From Tetramitus jugosus (taxonomy: Eukaryota > Protista > Heterolobosea), in the NCBI GenBank assembly GCA_937625935.1, contig OW569381.1, positions 248,001 to 312,000 on the forward strand: 64,000 nucleotides of DNA, read 5' to 3'. The translations under genes were made by a program, and so were the position numbers. This document shows positions 25,352-38,013 of the stretch, one piece after another; position 1 is the stretch's first letter, and each line of letters opens with the position of its first letter. Under the pieces are notes generated by a model that worked only from the letters and a program-made list of their open reading frames with translations, did not search any database and had not been told where the DNA came from.

Positions 25352-27416
25352 ATGTCTATTGTGAACCGATCTGCTCCATTGAGTCGATTCATGCTGCGAC
25401 AAGGCTTGAGATCTGTCACTGGCACTCGATGTTCGAAATCCATGTCGGTGTTGAACAACAAGACCACTACAAGAAGGACATTTTATCAATCTAGTGGTCC
25501 AAAAAGCAATTCCTTCTCGTTAGGCCAAAAATTGTCAACAAGTCAAATGATGGTGACCACTGGTGGTGTGATTACTGCAACTGTTGCTCTGTATTTGGGT
25601 TACAACATGATTCTATTGTCTGACAATTCTGAACGTGATATGCAACTCAATGTTGCTTCCGGATCACCAAACGTCTCATCAGAGGTATCCTTATCGACAC
25701 CGATGTCATCTTCGTCGGTGTCTTCACCATCCTCTGCTTCACCAAGTGTCATTGAATCCAAGCAAAAGAGCACTCCTGATGGTCAGAAGAAGAAGAAATC
25801 GTTGGTCATTTTGGGTACTGGATGGGGTGCAATGGCAGTATTGCAGGATATTGATTTGTCAGAGTACGATGTAACAATAGTGTCTCCAAGAAACTTTTTC
25901 CTGTTTACTCCAATGTTGCCTTCGACAACAACAGGTGGTGTCGATTATAGATCTATCCTCGATCCAATTCGTTCCAGTATTTATCGCAAAACGAAAGGAG
26001 CTCCAGGTGTGAGTTATTGTGAGGCAAAGGCCGTTGATGTTGACTATGAGGGCCAACGTGTGGTTTGTAAAAGAGTAGAGAGTCGAGTCGATGGTAGTGA
26101 AATACAGGGCTCTGATCTCGATTTTCAATTAGACTACGATGAGTTGGTGATTGCTGTAGGATCATATGTGAACACCTTTAATACACCTGGGGTCGAACAG
26201 TACTGCCACTTTTTGAAAGAGGTTGAGCACGCACAAAATATTAGAAGACAGTTGTGGTCAAATTTGGAGAGAGCCAGTTGCCCTGGATTGAGTGACAAAG
26301 AGCGTAAGAGATTGTTGGCGATTGCAATTGTTGGCGGAGGACCTACTGGAGTCGAATTTGCAGGAGAGTTGAGCGATTTGTTGAGGCATGAGGTTAAGAA
26401 GCATTTTCCAAACTTGGCCAGTGACTTGACAATCACTCTCATCCAATCACAGGACCACATTCTCAACACATTTGACATTACAATGTCCGAGTATGCTGAA
26501 AAGAAGTTTTTGAGTGATAAGATCCACATCATCACAAACTCTAGGGTTACTGAGGTGAAGAAAGACGAGTTAATTGTATTGGATAAGAACTTGAAGAAGA
26601 AGTATAGTATTCCGTTTGGTGTTTGCCTATGGTCAACTGGAATTAAGCAGAATCCACTGGTCGAGGTGATTTCCAACAAGATTGGTTCTCAGAGTATTAA
26701 TTCCTTGAATTGCGATCCATACTTGAGAGTGAAAGGAATTGGCAAGAGGAATGTGTATGCGATAGGAGATTGCTCTAAGATTGATTGTCCAAAGATGCTT
26801 GAGCATTGTGTTGAATTATTTGAAGAAGCTGACACGAACAAAGATGGTGTGCTGTCCCTGAGTGAGATTACTCATATGATGCAAACAAAGGCTGAAGATT
26901 ATCCTCAGATGAAACTCTACTTGACAAAGATTGTTGACATGTATCATCAGTTTGACACCAATCAGTATGTCACTTTCAGTTTACAATGATATATTCGTGT
27001 TGTTTATTCAATCAATTATTAATTCCTTCCTCCTTATTATCGACAGTGATGAATGTCTGGATATTGATGAATTCAAGCTCTTCCTCACTATGGCAGACTC
27101 TGAACTCAAGTCGCTGCCTGCCACTGCTCAAGTAGCAAGTCAAGAGGGAACTTATGTTGCCAAGGAGTTGAACACCAAAGCAAGAGGTAACAGTGGAGAT
27201 ATGCCTTTCAGATTCCACTATCGAGGATCCTTTGCCAATTTGGGACAGCACCAAGCAGTCGCAGAGGTTGGGTCATTCCATGGTGGAGGAATAGCAGCAT
27301 GGGCAATGTATAGAAGTGTTTACTGGAGCAAACAAGTATCATGGAGGAATAGATTCTCTCTAGCTCATGATTGGATGAAGACAGGTGCATTCGGCAGGGA
27401 CATGTCCAAGTTTTAA
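25352..27416 (+). CDS. Type II (alternative) NAD(P)H dehydrogenase with EF-hands (NDB-like), probably mitochondrial
   Basis: LGTGWG and VGGGPTGVEFAGEL Rossmann motifs, and PATAQVASQEG. EF-hands DTNKDGVLSLSE and DTNHDECLDIDE, the latter formed across intron 26965-27046. Arg/Ser-rich presequence. Confidence 0.92.
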
Positions 27417-27771
27417 ATATCCAGTTCGTTTTTTCCCACATTAATTTTACACGTATTGTACAGTATGTTTTATTTCCTTTTTTTGAGTATTTCTCACCTC
27501 ATACTACCGATATGCTTAGCTCCTTCGATTTGTTGGACGTCGAAGTCGTTTCACTGCGTAGTTCTATTCAAATGGAAATCCGTCCTTCGAAGAAGCTTGT
27601 AGGAGGAGATTGTCAGGGACTTCGGTTCAGACGATAACCATAAACTCAGGCTTCATGAAGGATAGAAAACCGAGAGTTCTTGTTCTTTTTGAATTCGTTC
27701 TCCAGATGGTAATCGACATAACAACAAGAACATTTCGTAGAAGGGTGCCTACCTGTCAACGACTTAGTCCA

Positions 27772-30234
27772 CTAATTCTCCGAAAGATACCTATTAATTT
27801 GCTGCAATATGTCTGATTTGTGGAATGGCTTTGTCAAGTAACAATCCATCCCCTTTTGAATTGCTCTATCACTTTGTTCTTGTCGTGCATTACCTGAGAG
27901 ACCAATGATGACGCTGGGTTTGCGAGAATGAAGAGATTCATACTGACGAATGTGTTTCGTTGATTCCAAACCATCCATCACTGGCATCTCAATATCCATA
28001 AAGATCATGTCATATGGTGATCTCTTTACTTCATTCAGAGCATCAAGACCATTGGCCACAATTTTGTATGAGCATCCCAATTGTCTCAAGTAATTGGCGA
28101 GTACCTTTTGATTGATTCGATTGTCTTCCACGATTAACACCCGTGACTTTGGATTGGGACTACTCAAAGGAAGAGGACTTGCAGAGTCACTGGGGCAAGG
28201 AGCTAGAGGAGCTCTGATGGAGAAGTAAAAAGTAGTTCCAACTCCCTTCTCACTCCTCACACCAATCGTTCCATTCATCATCTTCACCAACTTCTCACTG
28301 ATTGCTAAGCCAAGTCCAGAGCCACCAAAGGCCACAGCAATCTTGGAGTTTGCTTGAGAGAAGGGAAGAAACAACCGGTCAATTTCTTCTTTTGACATGC
28401 CGATTCCAGTGTCTGTCACTCGAATTTCAACCTCCACTTCTGATTCCGATAGATGGTTGAATTGCATATCAATTGTAACAGATCCTCCTTCATTTGTGAA
28501 CTTGATCGAATTTGATAACAAGTTCGCAAGTACTTGAGAAAGTCGAACTGGATCTGTGGTGATACAGAGTTCCTCCTCTGGTAGATTGCATTTCATGACG
28601 AGGCCTTTCTGAGAGGTTGGAATTCGAAACATTTGCAATGAATTCCGAACAATTTTCTTTGGACAAAAGGGTCGAATGAACAGTTCAAACTTGTTGTTCT
28701 CAAGCTTTGATAGATCCAATACATCATTGACAATCACTTTTTGTTGCTCCATGCACACTCTCACGCTGCTGTCAACATCCTTCAAGAGATCAAGTTGAGT
28801 TTTGAAGACTTCAAATGTCTCCTTGGGGATCATGGGCCTTCTGTTTCTCATCTCGGTTTCGACGCTACTAATGATGCCATGGATGATGTCTGCACAGCCA
28901 AACAACCCATTCAATGGATTTCTCATCTCATGACATATCGTATCAATGAACTCTTCCAACCTCTTTCGATACTCTTCAGCTTCAATCGCTCTCTCTTTCT
29001 CTGTTTGCAACTGCAAACGTTGTTCTTCCAGTTGTTTAATCTGAGAAATGTCCCAAGTTGCTCCCATCAGTGACTCAACACCTGTTATTTCGTTTACCAC
29101 AACCTCTGATCGAGTCGCACGATAACCAACGATTGTATCTCCATCCATGATTCGAAATTCTGCACTCAGTACCGTTTTGTTCTTAATACTGTGTTCTAAG
29201 CGTGCTCTAAACTCCTTTCGATCATCAGGATGCATTTTAGCACACAGGTCGCCAATAGTGTAATCTGAAGACTTGCCAGGAAGCTGAAACAACTTCATCA
29301 CTGTATGATCTGCATCAAAGGTTTCCTTGTTCAATTCCCATTCCCACAGACCAATCTGAGCCACCTGTAAGATGAACCTTAGCCTATCGATTGTTCCTTT
29401 CAACTTTTCTTCAATTTTCTGCCTCTCTTTAATTTCCTTCTCCAATTGCTCGTTCCTCGTTCTGTACATTAGTTTTTCGTTATCAATGTTTAACAATTCA
29501 GATTCCATTCTTTGAAAACTCATTTTCGTTGCACTGGACAACTCCTGCAACTCTTCCCACACTTTATCAATCCTATCATTTGTTAAATCTTGAACAGGAG
29601 AATCAGAATCCTTGCTAGCGTTCTCTTGTTCCTGGCTGATATGACCATTAAGGTTTGGGTTGCTAGTATCCAATCTATGTTGCAGCATCATATCTGATAT
29701 CTCTATGGGGTTGTGCAGAATTCCAATCATCTCTCTATCTACTTTTTCATCTTCGTCGTTGTCCAGTCCTCCACTAACACTAGTTGGTGTTTTTGTAAAG
29801 TCAAAAATGGGAGAATTACAAGGACTCCAATACCTCTCTTCGAAGGTGCCATCCGGTCCCTTCACATCATACTTTTGAAGTTCCATTGCATGGATCCTTT
29901 GATGTTTCAACACTAGAAGCAGAGATTGTCTCAGGTTTTTTGTGCCCGTGGCGTGTTTGTCTTCTGGGTTGTCCGGGAATGACTCAAGTATGCTCGTACC
30001 TATAATTTGCTCTCTCGTCGTGCCACTAATGTCCAAATATGTTTCATTCACATCGAGTATTGTGAAGCTCTCATCAGGTGACAGCACCAACAATGGAGAT
30101 GGAATCGAATTGAACAGTGCTCTGTAATCGATTTTGTTTGTTTGAGGAGAGTCGGTTGTTCGGGAATAGGTAGAGGAAGAGGATCGGGATATGGAGTTCT
30201 TGTTGCTACTTGTCATGGCTTTGGTTGAGCTCAT
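27772..30234 (-). CDS. Hybrid sensor histidine kinase (PAS-PAS-HisKA-HATPase-REC), intronless
   Basis: H-box CHEMRNPL, N-box NLLSNSIKFT, G1 DTGIG, G2 GGSGLGL, receiver IVEDN..FMDIEMP..KP. Confidence 0.95.
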   Translation of the reverse strand: MSSTKAMTSSNKNSISRSSSSTYSRTTDSPQTNKIDYRALFNSIPSPLLVLSPDESFTILDVNETYLDISGTTREQIIGTSILESFPDNPEDKHATGTKNLRQSLLLVLKHQRIHAMELQKYDVKGPDGTFEERYWSPCNSPIFDFTKTPTSVSGGLDNDEDEKVDREMIGILHNPIEISDMMLQHRLDTSNPNLNGHISQEQENASKDSDSPVQDLTNDRIDKVWEELQELSSATKMSFQRMESELLNIDNEKLMYRTRNEQLEKEIKERQKIEEKLKGTIDRLRFILQVAQIGLWEWELNKETFDADHTVMKLFQLPGKSSDYTIGDLCAKMHPDDRKEFRARLEHSIKNKTVLSAEFRIMDGDTIVGYRATRSEVVVNEITGVESLMGATWDISQIKQLEEQRLQLQTEKERAIEAEEYRKRLEEFIDTICHEMRNPLNGLFGCADIIHGIISSVETEMRNRRPMIPKETFEVFKTQLDLLKDVDSSVRVCMEQQKVIVNDVLDLSKLENNKFELFIRPFCPKKIVRNSLQMFRIPTSQKGLVMKCNLPEEELCITTDPVRLSQVLANLLSNSIKFTNEGGSVTIDMQFNHLSESEVEVEIRVTDTGIGMSKEEIDRLFLPFSQANSKIAVAFGGSGLGLAISEKLVKMMNGTIGVRSEKGVGTTFYFSIRAPLAPCPSDSASPLPLSSPNPKSRVLIVEDNRINQKVLANYLRQLGCSYKIVANGLDALNEVKRSPYDMIFMDIEMPVMDGLESTKHIRQYESLHSRKPSVIIGLSGNARQEQSDRAIQKGMDCYLTKPFHKSDILQQINRYLSEN

Positions 30235-30499
30235 GGTTCTTCTGGAAAATTGCGAGCGTTGTGCAATAAAAAAACAATTGGGATCGTGCTTTAGCTATTC
30301 TTACTTGACCCATATCATCGACTTCAAATTTTCTTGGGAAAAGAGAACAACAAAAGCAAACCCGAGGAGCAACCAAGACGGGAGAGTTTCTAGCCTTAAA
30401 AAAGTCAAAGTGTATCAAACCTCCATTCGTCCATTCCTAAAACAACAGAATGACCAAATACAGTGTATTCTTTCTCTTGCCTGAGCGAAAAACAAAAAC

Positions 30500-31015
30500 G
30501 CTTCCATACCGAAACATCATAGGTGCCTCCTCGTCCTCATCCTCGGAAGTGAACAAGTGATGAAGGGTTTCGACGCACCTCCTTTTCACCTTGTTCACAA
30601 ACGTGCTGGCTTTCTTTTCAGCAATATCTTTCTTGGTTCCGTTCTTCCTCATCCTCTCATTATTTGATCCACTGCTTCCTTCTCTACACCCATCATACCT
30701 AGGAGGAACTCTTTGCTCGATTTTCGGTTTGGTTGCACTGTCAGCTTACAGCCGTTCCAACTGACAGAGTCGAACCAGAGGTCTACCTGATGTTTTGGGT
30801 GGACTCTCAGACCACTCAGTTCATCACCTACCGACATAGCCAGTCTTCTTCTAGTCAATATGGCTCTTGGACAGCGAATGAGACAATGTAAAATAGTCTC
30901 TGGCTCCTTGTTACATCTTTCACACACTGTTCGTGCTTTGTTTTTCCATACAGTACCCTCATGACTTCTCGAGTGTGCAAAGTACCACCTTGTGGGGGTA
31001 CTTTAGAAAATTAAA
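30500..31015 (-). mobile_element. Non-LTR retrotransposon 3' fragment G4 (tRNA-distal, most decayed copy at the tRNA-Glu locus)
   Basis: Frameshifted remnants FLKYPHK, GTLHTREV, CERCNKEPETILHCLIRC, LWFD, EFLLGMMG and FVNKVKRRC..TLHHLF match the copies at 40.8-44 kb. The ends are approximate. Confidence 0.8.
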
Positions 31016-31023
31016 CACACTTG

Positions 31024-31410
31024 TTTTTTTAGTGTTTTTTAATACAACCATTTCGGTTGCTCACTTTGTTGTCTTTTGGTTTCTTCAGGCATCGCTCGCA
31101 GAGCGATGGCTCTTGGTCACCTCTAAAATTCCTTTGGTTGTGGTGAGCAGATGAAGGAGGGTCGTGAGACACCTCCGTTTCACACTGTTCACATATGTTC
31201 TTGCTTTCCTTTCTGCCACTGCAGCTTTGAGTAGGACCTGGTGATGTCTTGAACGGCGTCTGTTTCAATCTCCATCATACCCATGAGGAATTCCCTACTC
31301 GTCCACCTCAGTGGTTTACAGTCTTTCCTTCCTTGAGCCTCACATTGTCGAACCAAGTATCGGAGGCTACTCTCATAGCTATTAACTCCTCGCTACCGTC
31401 TGGCATAAGA
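31024..31410 (-). mobile_element. Non-LTR retrotransposon 3' fragment G3
   Basis: Remnants WFDNVRLKEGK, SREFLMGMM and TYVNSVKRRCLTTL. The terminal GAGCAACCGAAATGGTTGTATT (31041-31062) is identical to copy S1 and is followed by an A-tail. Confidence 0.85.
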
Positions 31411-31424
31411 AACCACTCACACAT

Positions 31425-31596
31425 TTTTTTTAATACAACAAATGGTGCTCGCGCACCTCGTTGCCGAAATTTTATTGTCTGGAACGTGGTACTTGCCCAG
31501 TGGAGTGGCAGACCTACCCAACAGGATTCATTCTCTTCTCGGAATGTAGTGTTGTAATTCCCTTCTTCAGGGACTCGTTGCGAGGGTGCCTCCAGT
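31425..31596 (-). mobile_element. Short non-coding 3' end G2 with a perfect 14-bp TSD
   Basis: Flanked by AACCACTCACACAT at 31411-31424 and 31597-31610. On the minus strand it ends AATAAA..GCAAC..GTTGTATT(A)n. Confidence 0.8.
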
Positions 31597-31617
31597 AACC
31601 ACTCACACATGCCGGAA

Positions 31618-31715
31618 TTTTTTCCATACAACATATGTTGCCACTTTATTGTTATACAATGAGACGAGTTGTCGCTCAGAAAAGCAGGTTCTAAGCTATT
31701 GTTCACATATCTTGG
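31618..31715 (-). mobile_element. Very short tRNA-proximal 3' end G1 (about 100 bp)
   Basis: The minus strand ends AATAAAGTGGCAACATATGTTGTATGG(A)6. Imperfect flanking duplication CTCACATGTGGCCGGA (31716-31731) / CTCACACATGCCGGA (31602-31616). Confidence 0.6.
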
Positions 31716-31761
31716 CTCACATGTGGCCGGATATATCGAGCAAATGAGTCTACTATAGATG

Positions 31762-31834
31762 TCCCATATAGTCTAGTTGGTTAGGATACATGGCTCTCAC
31801 CCATGAGACCCGGGTTCGAGTCCCGGTATGGGAG
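31762..31834 (+). tRNA. tRNA-Glu (anticodon CTC)
   Basis: Acceptor stem TCCCATA/TATGGGA, anticodon arm CATGG-CTCTCAC-CCATG, B-box GGTTCGAGTCC, downstream TTTT terminator. Confidence 0.97.
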
Positions 31835-32381
31835 ACTTTTGGTACTGGCAATGAGTTTTGGAGTCCAACTGTCTTTGGTCTTGTGTTGTTCGATGGATGT
31901 ATTCTGTGGTTGACTTGTCGGAGTATTTGGAGAGGCATGAGAAATTGGAGAACCTCGCTTTTATGCGAAGCTGTCCAGTAAATCGATACTGTAGAAAACC
32001 GGCGAAAATCGTATCCAATCATTTTGACCCAAAAAGATTCGGTTGACACTTGAACGGTTCTAGATCTCGTACGAGTCCGTAGTTTTAGAATCCCCAAAAT
32101 TCTTTACAGCCAAGATTCAACCGTTGAACGCCAGTTGATTTTTTTCTTCCGGCAGCTCTATTATTACTCTGACATGCAGTTCGTGGTCCTTATGCATCTC
32201 GCCAAAGGATTCTCTCATTGATTGTCATGCATTCATTCAAGCAGCGTGTCAAATTCAGCCTCCAGAAGGCTCATATTAAATAATTTCATTCCCTTGCCCA
32301 ACAAAACAATAACAACCTTGTCCAACAACAAAACTTGAAACAAACCAACAAGAATAATAGAAAAATATTAATCTCACAACC

Positions 32382-32720
32382 ATGAACAGCACAACTGAAT
32401 TCTCCGAGGCCGACTTTGATTCTTTTGCTCAAGCTTTTGAGTCAACGAACACAGACATGGCGCCAAAAACATCGACGACAACAACTACAGCTTCCTCCCT
32501 ATCGAACGAAGTGGCTGATTTATTTGAGCCTAATGCCAAGAGAAATTCACTCAACAAGCAACCACAAACAAAGCAAAATGAGCAAGTTGACTTGGGTAGT
32601 GATCTAGGAAGTGCTCTAGATGATTTCTTGGACGTGACTCCAGCTCAAAAAGCACCTGTCGAAGCTACAAACAACTTTCAATCGATTATGGACAGCTTTG
32701 GTGTTTCAGAGGCAAAGTAA
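32382..32720 (+). CDS. Small acidic hypothetical protein (112 aa)
   Basis: ATG after a CAA-rich leader. Acidic and probably disordered, with Phe-containing short motifs. Confidence 0.55.
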   Translation: MNSTTEFSEADFDSFAQAFESTNTDMAPKTSTTTTTASSLSNEVADLFEPNAKRNSLNKQPQTKQNEQVDLGSDLGSALDDFLDVTPAQKAPVEATNNFQSIMDSFGVSEAK

Positions 32721-33061
32721 GGGCAACTAAGTGGGTAGTGTAAAAATCAAACCATTTAAGGAGTGCCACTCGTGTAACAATCCAAAAAAGTTGTTAGTAA
32801 CAGAACAACTCAGTGTAAGTGATGATGGCGTGAATTCATAGGAAATTTTACTGTAAATACATGTGAGTCGCGACGTCACTGCACAAATAAACATTTTCTT
32901 ATTTATTTCAAATGTCCTCTCACTCTAGTCTTCTCAGATAGTGAAGTCACTTGTGGAAACACGGAAGGAAATGATTCGCTTTATTGATACATCACTACAC
33001 AAAATTTTGTGGTTGTTGGTGTCTAAATATGACTAAAGTAACCAACAAGTCAAGACTTGAC

Positions 33062-34997
33062 TTAGGAATACCGGTAAGGGCTGGAGTTTCTTGAAGTGGA
33101 GTGATAGGTGGCTCTGTTCGGTACAATTGATCCCAAGCTGTACTGCTTGTCCAGTAGGGAGACACCCGATGTAGGAACAGCAGTTACAAATGACTGATTC
33201 GACACGAATCGTTCTGGCTGGACTGGTCGAAACCTTGTTGCAGCGACACTTGGGTTTGCACTCTCATAGGGTATTCCACTGCTAATGAATTCGGGTAGAC
33301 TTCGGTCCTTGTAGAACTCTGAGATGTAACCAGCGGTTTTAAAGGTTTCTCTTGACATCCATTTGGATTTGTTGACAGGTTTTGGGTCATAGTTGGGATC
33401 TTGATACGGTCCTTGACTTGTAATAAATAGTCCTTCTGTGTCTGCAACAGTGTTTATGTCAAGAAGAGACCGTTCTTGTTTTCCAATGCCAGTGAGATAG
33501 ATTCGCGAGCTAGCATTACCACCAGAGGCCAATCGACCTCCACCTTTCGTAAGAAAACGAGGTGAATGAAGATCGAATGGCTGAGAAGACCGAATGGATG
33601 TTGAGTGAGGGCTACGAGGGCTTCGAGGTATTCCATTCGAATTGAATTTCAAGAACTGATCTCGCCTCTCTTGCAGAAATTCAAAGTCCTGGGGAGTAAG
33701 TTTCATCAGCATTTCCAAATTCTTACGATCTTTGGTGGATGGAGTGAGACTCCTCGGTGTGGCTTGATTTGATCTTCTTGGAGATTCGACACCACTGTGA
33801 GATCTTTCCCGGATATTGATACTGCCACTTCGATTCTGAACCTCCCATCGATATATCGGCTTTACATTTCTTTTCGGCTCTTGTAGGGCTACTTGTTGAT
33901 GAGATCGAGCTCTTCGAGGAGAATATACTTTTTTCTCTTGTTGCTGTTTGATTGTTGGTTTTGAATATAGTTCATCATTGATTTCCAAGGCATCTACTGA
34001 AGTGTCGAATATCTCTTTCATCTTTTCTGCCTGAGTAAATTTAATTGCATCATTATGTGTTAGATTGATCTTCCTATTGAAGGATTGAGCATATGTAGGG
34101 GATGCAAAACGATGTGTAGGGGTCGTTATATTCCTCTCCTCAAATGGTATTATTGGACTATGAGTTCCAGGTGACGATATTCGGAAATCCTTGTGGTCAG
34201 ATCGAGGTGATGGAGCATTGTTTCCTTGATTGGATTGCCTGGATGAAGAGACTCGATTAAATTGTACCCTACTTGGAGAGCGATCGAACAAATTAACAGT
34301 TTGTTTCATCGATGATATCGTGCTGGCAGAGACTGATGAAATATTAGAAAGCTTCGATCCATCCAATTCATCATCAACACCAGAGAACACGGACGTTCCA
34401 TAACTTTGATTGTGGTCGTTCGATTCCCTCGGTTTCTTCATGTAGAACAGAGCTTCACGCAACTCTGATATCTTTCTGATTGTTTTAATAGGAAAATCAA
34501 CAAGAATAAGTGCTAACCCGCGTCGTATCTCGAGAAGAATTGACGATCTTTCATCTGAGCGTATTCATAACTTCCATTATTAACAACCGCTGTTCACCAA
34601 TACAAAAAGTGCTACATAAAGTTAACGTACCTCGACTATTCATCATCTGGAACTGTTCCAATTGGAACAACCTATTCTCTATTGCTTGGTGGAGTGATTT
34701 TAACACCTTTTCCTTATTGACCTTATTCACCCATTCTGTATTATTCACATCCAATCTTGAATAATCAACAATTGTTTCTTGAGTGAGATCATCCTCGGAG
34801 AGAATTGACGTGTTGAACGAACTCTGATTCTCAAGATGAATTGCATCGGTTCCTATCTGTTCTTTTAAAAGTGCATGCAACTCTTCTTGCTTCTCCATCT
34901 TGAGTTGGACAAACAATATTTTGTACAGCTCACTAACTTCATGCACTTGAGAAGCAATCTCATTGATTTTGTCAAGTGACAATGGTAACCACTTCAT
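33062..34997 (-). CDS. Hypothetical S/R/P-rich protein (3 exons)
   Basis: Introns 34555-34630 (GTACGT..CAG) and 34476-34517 (GTTAGC..CAG) join ORFs 34551-34997 and 33062-34462 in frame. Two similar C-terminal repeats (PY..P..V....W/F.S...F.TA). Confidence 0.65.
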
Positions 34998-35239
34998 GAT
35001 AAATTGTTATGTCCCTTCTAACTATAGTATTGAAATCAAAAATGTTCTCTCGCGATTTTTCAATGCAGGTTAACGTCACCAGACAGAAGGAAAAATCGTA
35101 TTCAACATGGCAACGCATGTAACGGTCATTGGTTTGTTTCCCGCCCGTGTACGAGTTTATGTTCCTAATTGAGCTCTGAACAAAAAAGTCGTCCTGGAAT
35201 AATCTCAGAGATTATTAATCTTTACTTATTGTAGGTTGT

Positions 35240-37962
35240 TCAGTAGTACTTTGTTGATCGTTTTGTAACTGAGGGTGTTACAGCACTCACTGTGTCATCA
35301 AACATTTCACCAAACAAAAAGTTAACGTCATCTTCAATGTTTCCCTCGTCCTCCTCTTGTCCTACTTGCGAATCTAGGAGCATATGACCAATGGTTCTCT
35401 TTTTGGATTTGGTAGTGTGTTGTGATTCATTCGATATCGTTATGTTAGTGGAGGCTGGCTTGGTAGTAACTGGGTGATTTCGCTCAGATCTTTGAGTCGC
35501 TCTGCGGTCTTCAATAGTTGATCGTGTGAACTCATCTATAGCTTGACTCCGAGGAGGAGGTTGTGTTCTTGAACCATTTCGTTGAGTGCTTTGTTGAGTG
35601 TTGCGGGCTGTTGTCATGTGACGTGATCCAAACCTGGATTGTAATTCATTGTCTGCCATTAGTTCATTTTGGTCGATTTCATTTTCTTCATCAAAGTCCG
35701 GTATTGATATCCGTGTGGCAATACGAGGAACCTCTTTAGGCTGTGAAAACTTGGGTCGTTTTGACGATGGCTGAACAGAAAAGTCTTCTTCCTCTTCTAG
35801 ATTGTCTTCTTCTGGTTCCTCTTCATCATCATCATCATCTAGTTGATCACCATTATTCATTCTTCTTTGGGTGAATCTCTGTGTTAATGTCTGTTTCACT
35901 TGAGTTTGTCTGTTTTGTGTGGGCTCGTCAGCTAACAGTCCTAAGTGACGAAGTACCCTTCTTCTCTGATCCTGATAGTCAAAATCTGGATCGTCAGGAA
36001 AGTTTGAATGCAGAACAGAGTCGATCTTTAGTAAGGTTGATGTGTGCATTGAACTGTCGACTGTCAAGACAGCCATAATAGCATCCTGCTCGGTCACTTC
36101 GTTTCGAAACATAAGTCTCGCATGTGCTTGGGCAAGACGGACAAGACTCTCTAATAAACGAATTGTTGTTCTCGCAGCAACTCTTTGATCTCTTTCTCTT
36201 TGCAATAAATAATACCTATTTAAAATTTGACCACTAGCGCTCGGCATTGTTGGTTTGAAATGGTTCTTGACATACGAAATATATGATTGCATTTTCTCGA
36301 TGCCCCATAAATGATCATCGGTATCGTCTCCTCGTACTTGATTCTCATCGAGAATAAATCTAGAAACACACTTATCCCAGTTGTCGTCCTTTTGATCCAA
36401 TAACACAAGAACTACATCAAATCTACTCAACAGTGGACTTGCTAGCGCACAATTGATAGAAAGACTCGCAGTAATATCATATTTGCCTTTTGGATTACAA
36501 GCGGCGAATATGGTTGTTCTCGTGTTCAATTTACACACGAGGCCAGCCTTTGCAATACTCAAAGTTTGTTGTTCCATTGCCTCGTGAATCGTGGTTCGAT
36601 CATGTTCTCTGATGGCATCAAATTCATCAATACAACATACACCACCATCTGCTAGAACAAGAGCTCCAGCCTCAAGTGTCCAATCACCTCCAGATTCCTT
36701 GGTCGCCATAACTGTTAAACCTGCGCTAGTCGTACCGATTCCATTCGTCATGACATATCTTGGACTGAGTCTTGATGCATACTTCAGAAACTGACTCTGT
36801 TCATTGTGTGCATAGATGTGAGAGTCAGTATATTTGTATGTGAACAATGAAACAAGTATAAAAAATAGTTCATACAAACCTTGCCCGTACCCGGATCCCC
36901 CACGATCAACAAATGGCTCTCACCTCTGATGCGTGTTCCATTCTTCTTCATCGGAACACCACCTACCAGAGTCAGTGCAACAGCTAATTTTACAAAATAG
37001 AGACCATACAACTGTGGACACATGCTCTTCAAGATCAAGTTCCTGGCTTTGAGAGGGTTATCACTATGGCGTCTCCAGAATGCAGCAAACTCTTGCTCCA
37101 ACTCCTGTGTGATATTTACATTACTCTTTTGTTCATTGTTGATTCGAATATGGTTACAGCGAATCACCATTTCGATTGCACAACGGTTATCTACTCTTAG
37201 TGGTTTCCATCTTCTCATCACAGTTCCTGTGATCACCACATCGTCACCCGCCTTGCAAACATCCACCAAGTCATCCTCCAAAACTACAATTATACTTCTC
37301 GGTATCGAACCCACGTTCAAGTGGGCAATCTTGTCCTGAATCTTGATCTCTTGATAGTCTCGACATACTTGAGTATTCTCCACAGGTTCAAATTTCATTC
37401 CAGGGCAATCTTCAGTCGCTGTACACGTCGTTGGTTTCTGTAATGTATAATGTTGTTCGATATCTGCCTTTGTAATCATTCTTTTCCTACATTTCGTACA
37501 GACAAATGTCTTTTGATACTCCAACATCTTGATTGGTCCTGTTTTGATCACTGTTCCCGCCACGGACACAAACTTGTTAATGTCAGAGCTTCGAATAGAG
37601 CTAACAGAGGTTTTTGATGTTTCTTGACACAATGGAAGACTATGCAACCGAATATGCAAACTATTCTTGAACTCATTCAGCGCACTATTGTCTTCCTTCA
37701 TAATTTCTTGTTGTGCGATGCGAGCAGCAGTATCAAAATGAGGTATGGCAATGGTAGGGAACGATAAGAGCAGAGATCCTAACCTGGGTGATGCTTGTAA
37801 CAGATCCAACACGTTCACATTGATTGCAAAGTGATCTTCAATGGCTTCATCGGCCAATATGGTTAAAATGTCGGTTTTGTGATAGGTTTTGAGGTATTTT
37901 GTGAATCCACTAATGTATAACTCGTCTGATAATCCATCAAACGCACAATATTGATCTGACAT
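35240..37962 (-). CDS. MCM9: DNA helicase MCM9
   Basis: Intron 36797-36879 gives GDPGTGK|SQFLKYA. Also EAGALVLADGGVCCIDEF, EHDRTTIHEAMEQQTLSIAKAGLVCKLNTR, the SRFD arginine finger and a Zn finger CTKC..C..C. Confidence 0.92.
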
Positions 37963-38005
37963 GAGTCGTCTCTGTTCTTGTTGTTGTGAGCTTGTTTCTG
38001 TCTTT

Positions 38006-38013
38006 TTTGGCGC
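38006..38013. promoter_or_regulatory. Putative E2F site in the divergent MCM9/CDK20 promoter
   Basis: TTTGGCGC matches the E2F consensus TTTSSCGC and lies within the 146-bp gap between the two ATGs. Confidence 0.4.

Noticed and set aside
31753-32097. Short ORFs overlapping tRNA-Glu
   Set aside because: They cross a canonical tRNA gene and have no protein motifs.
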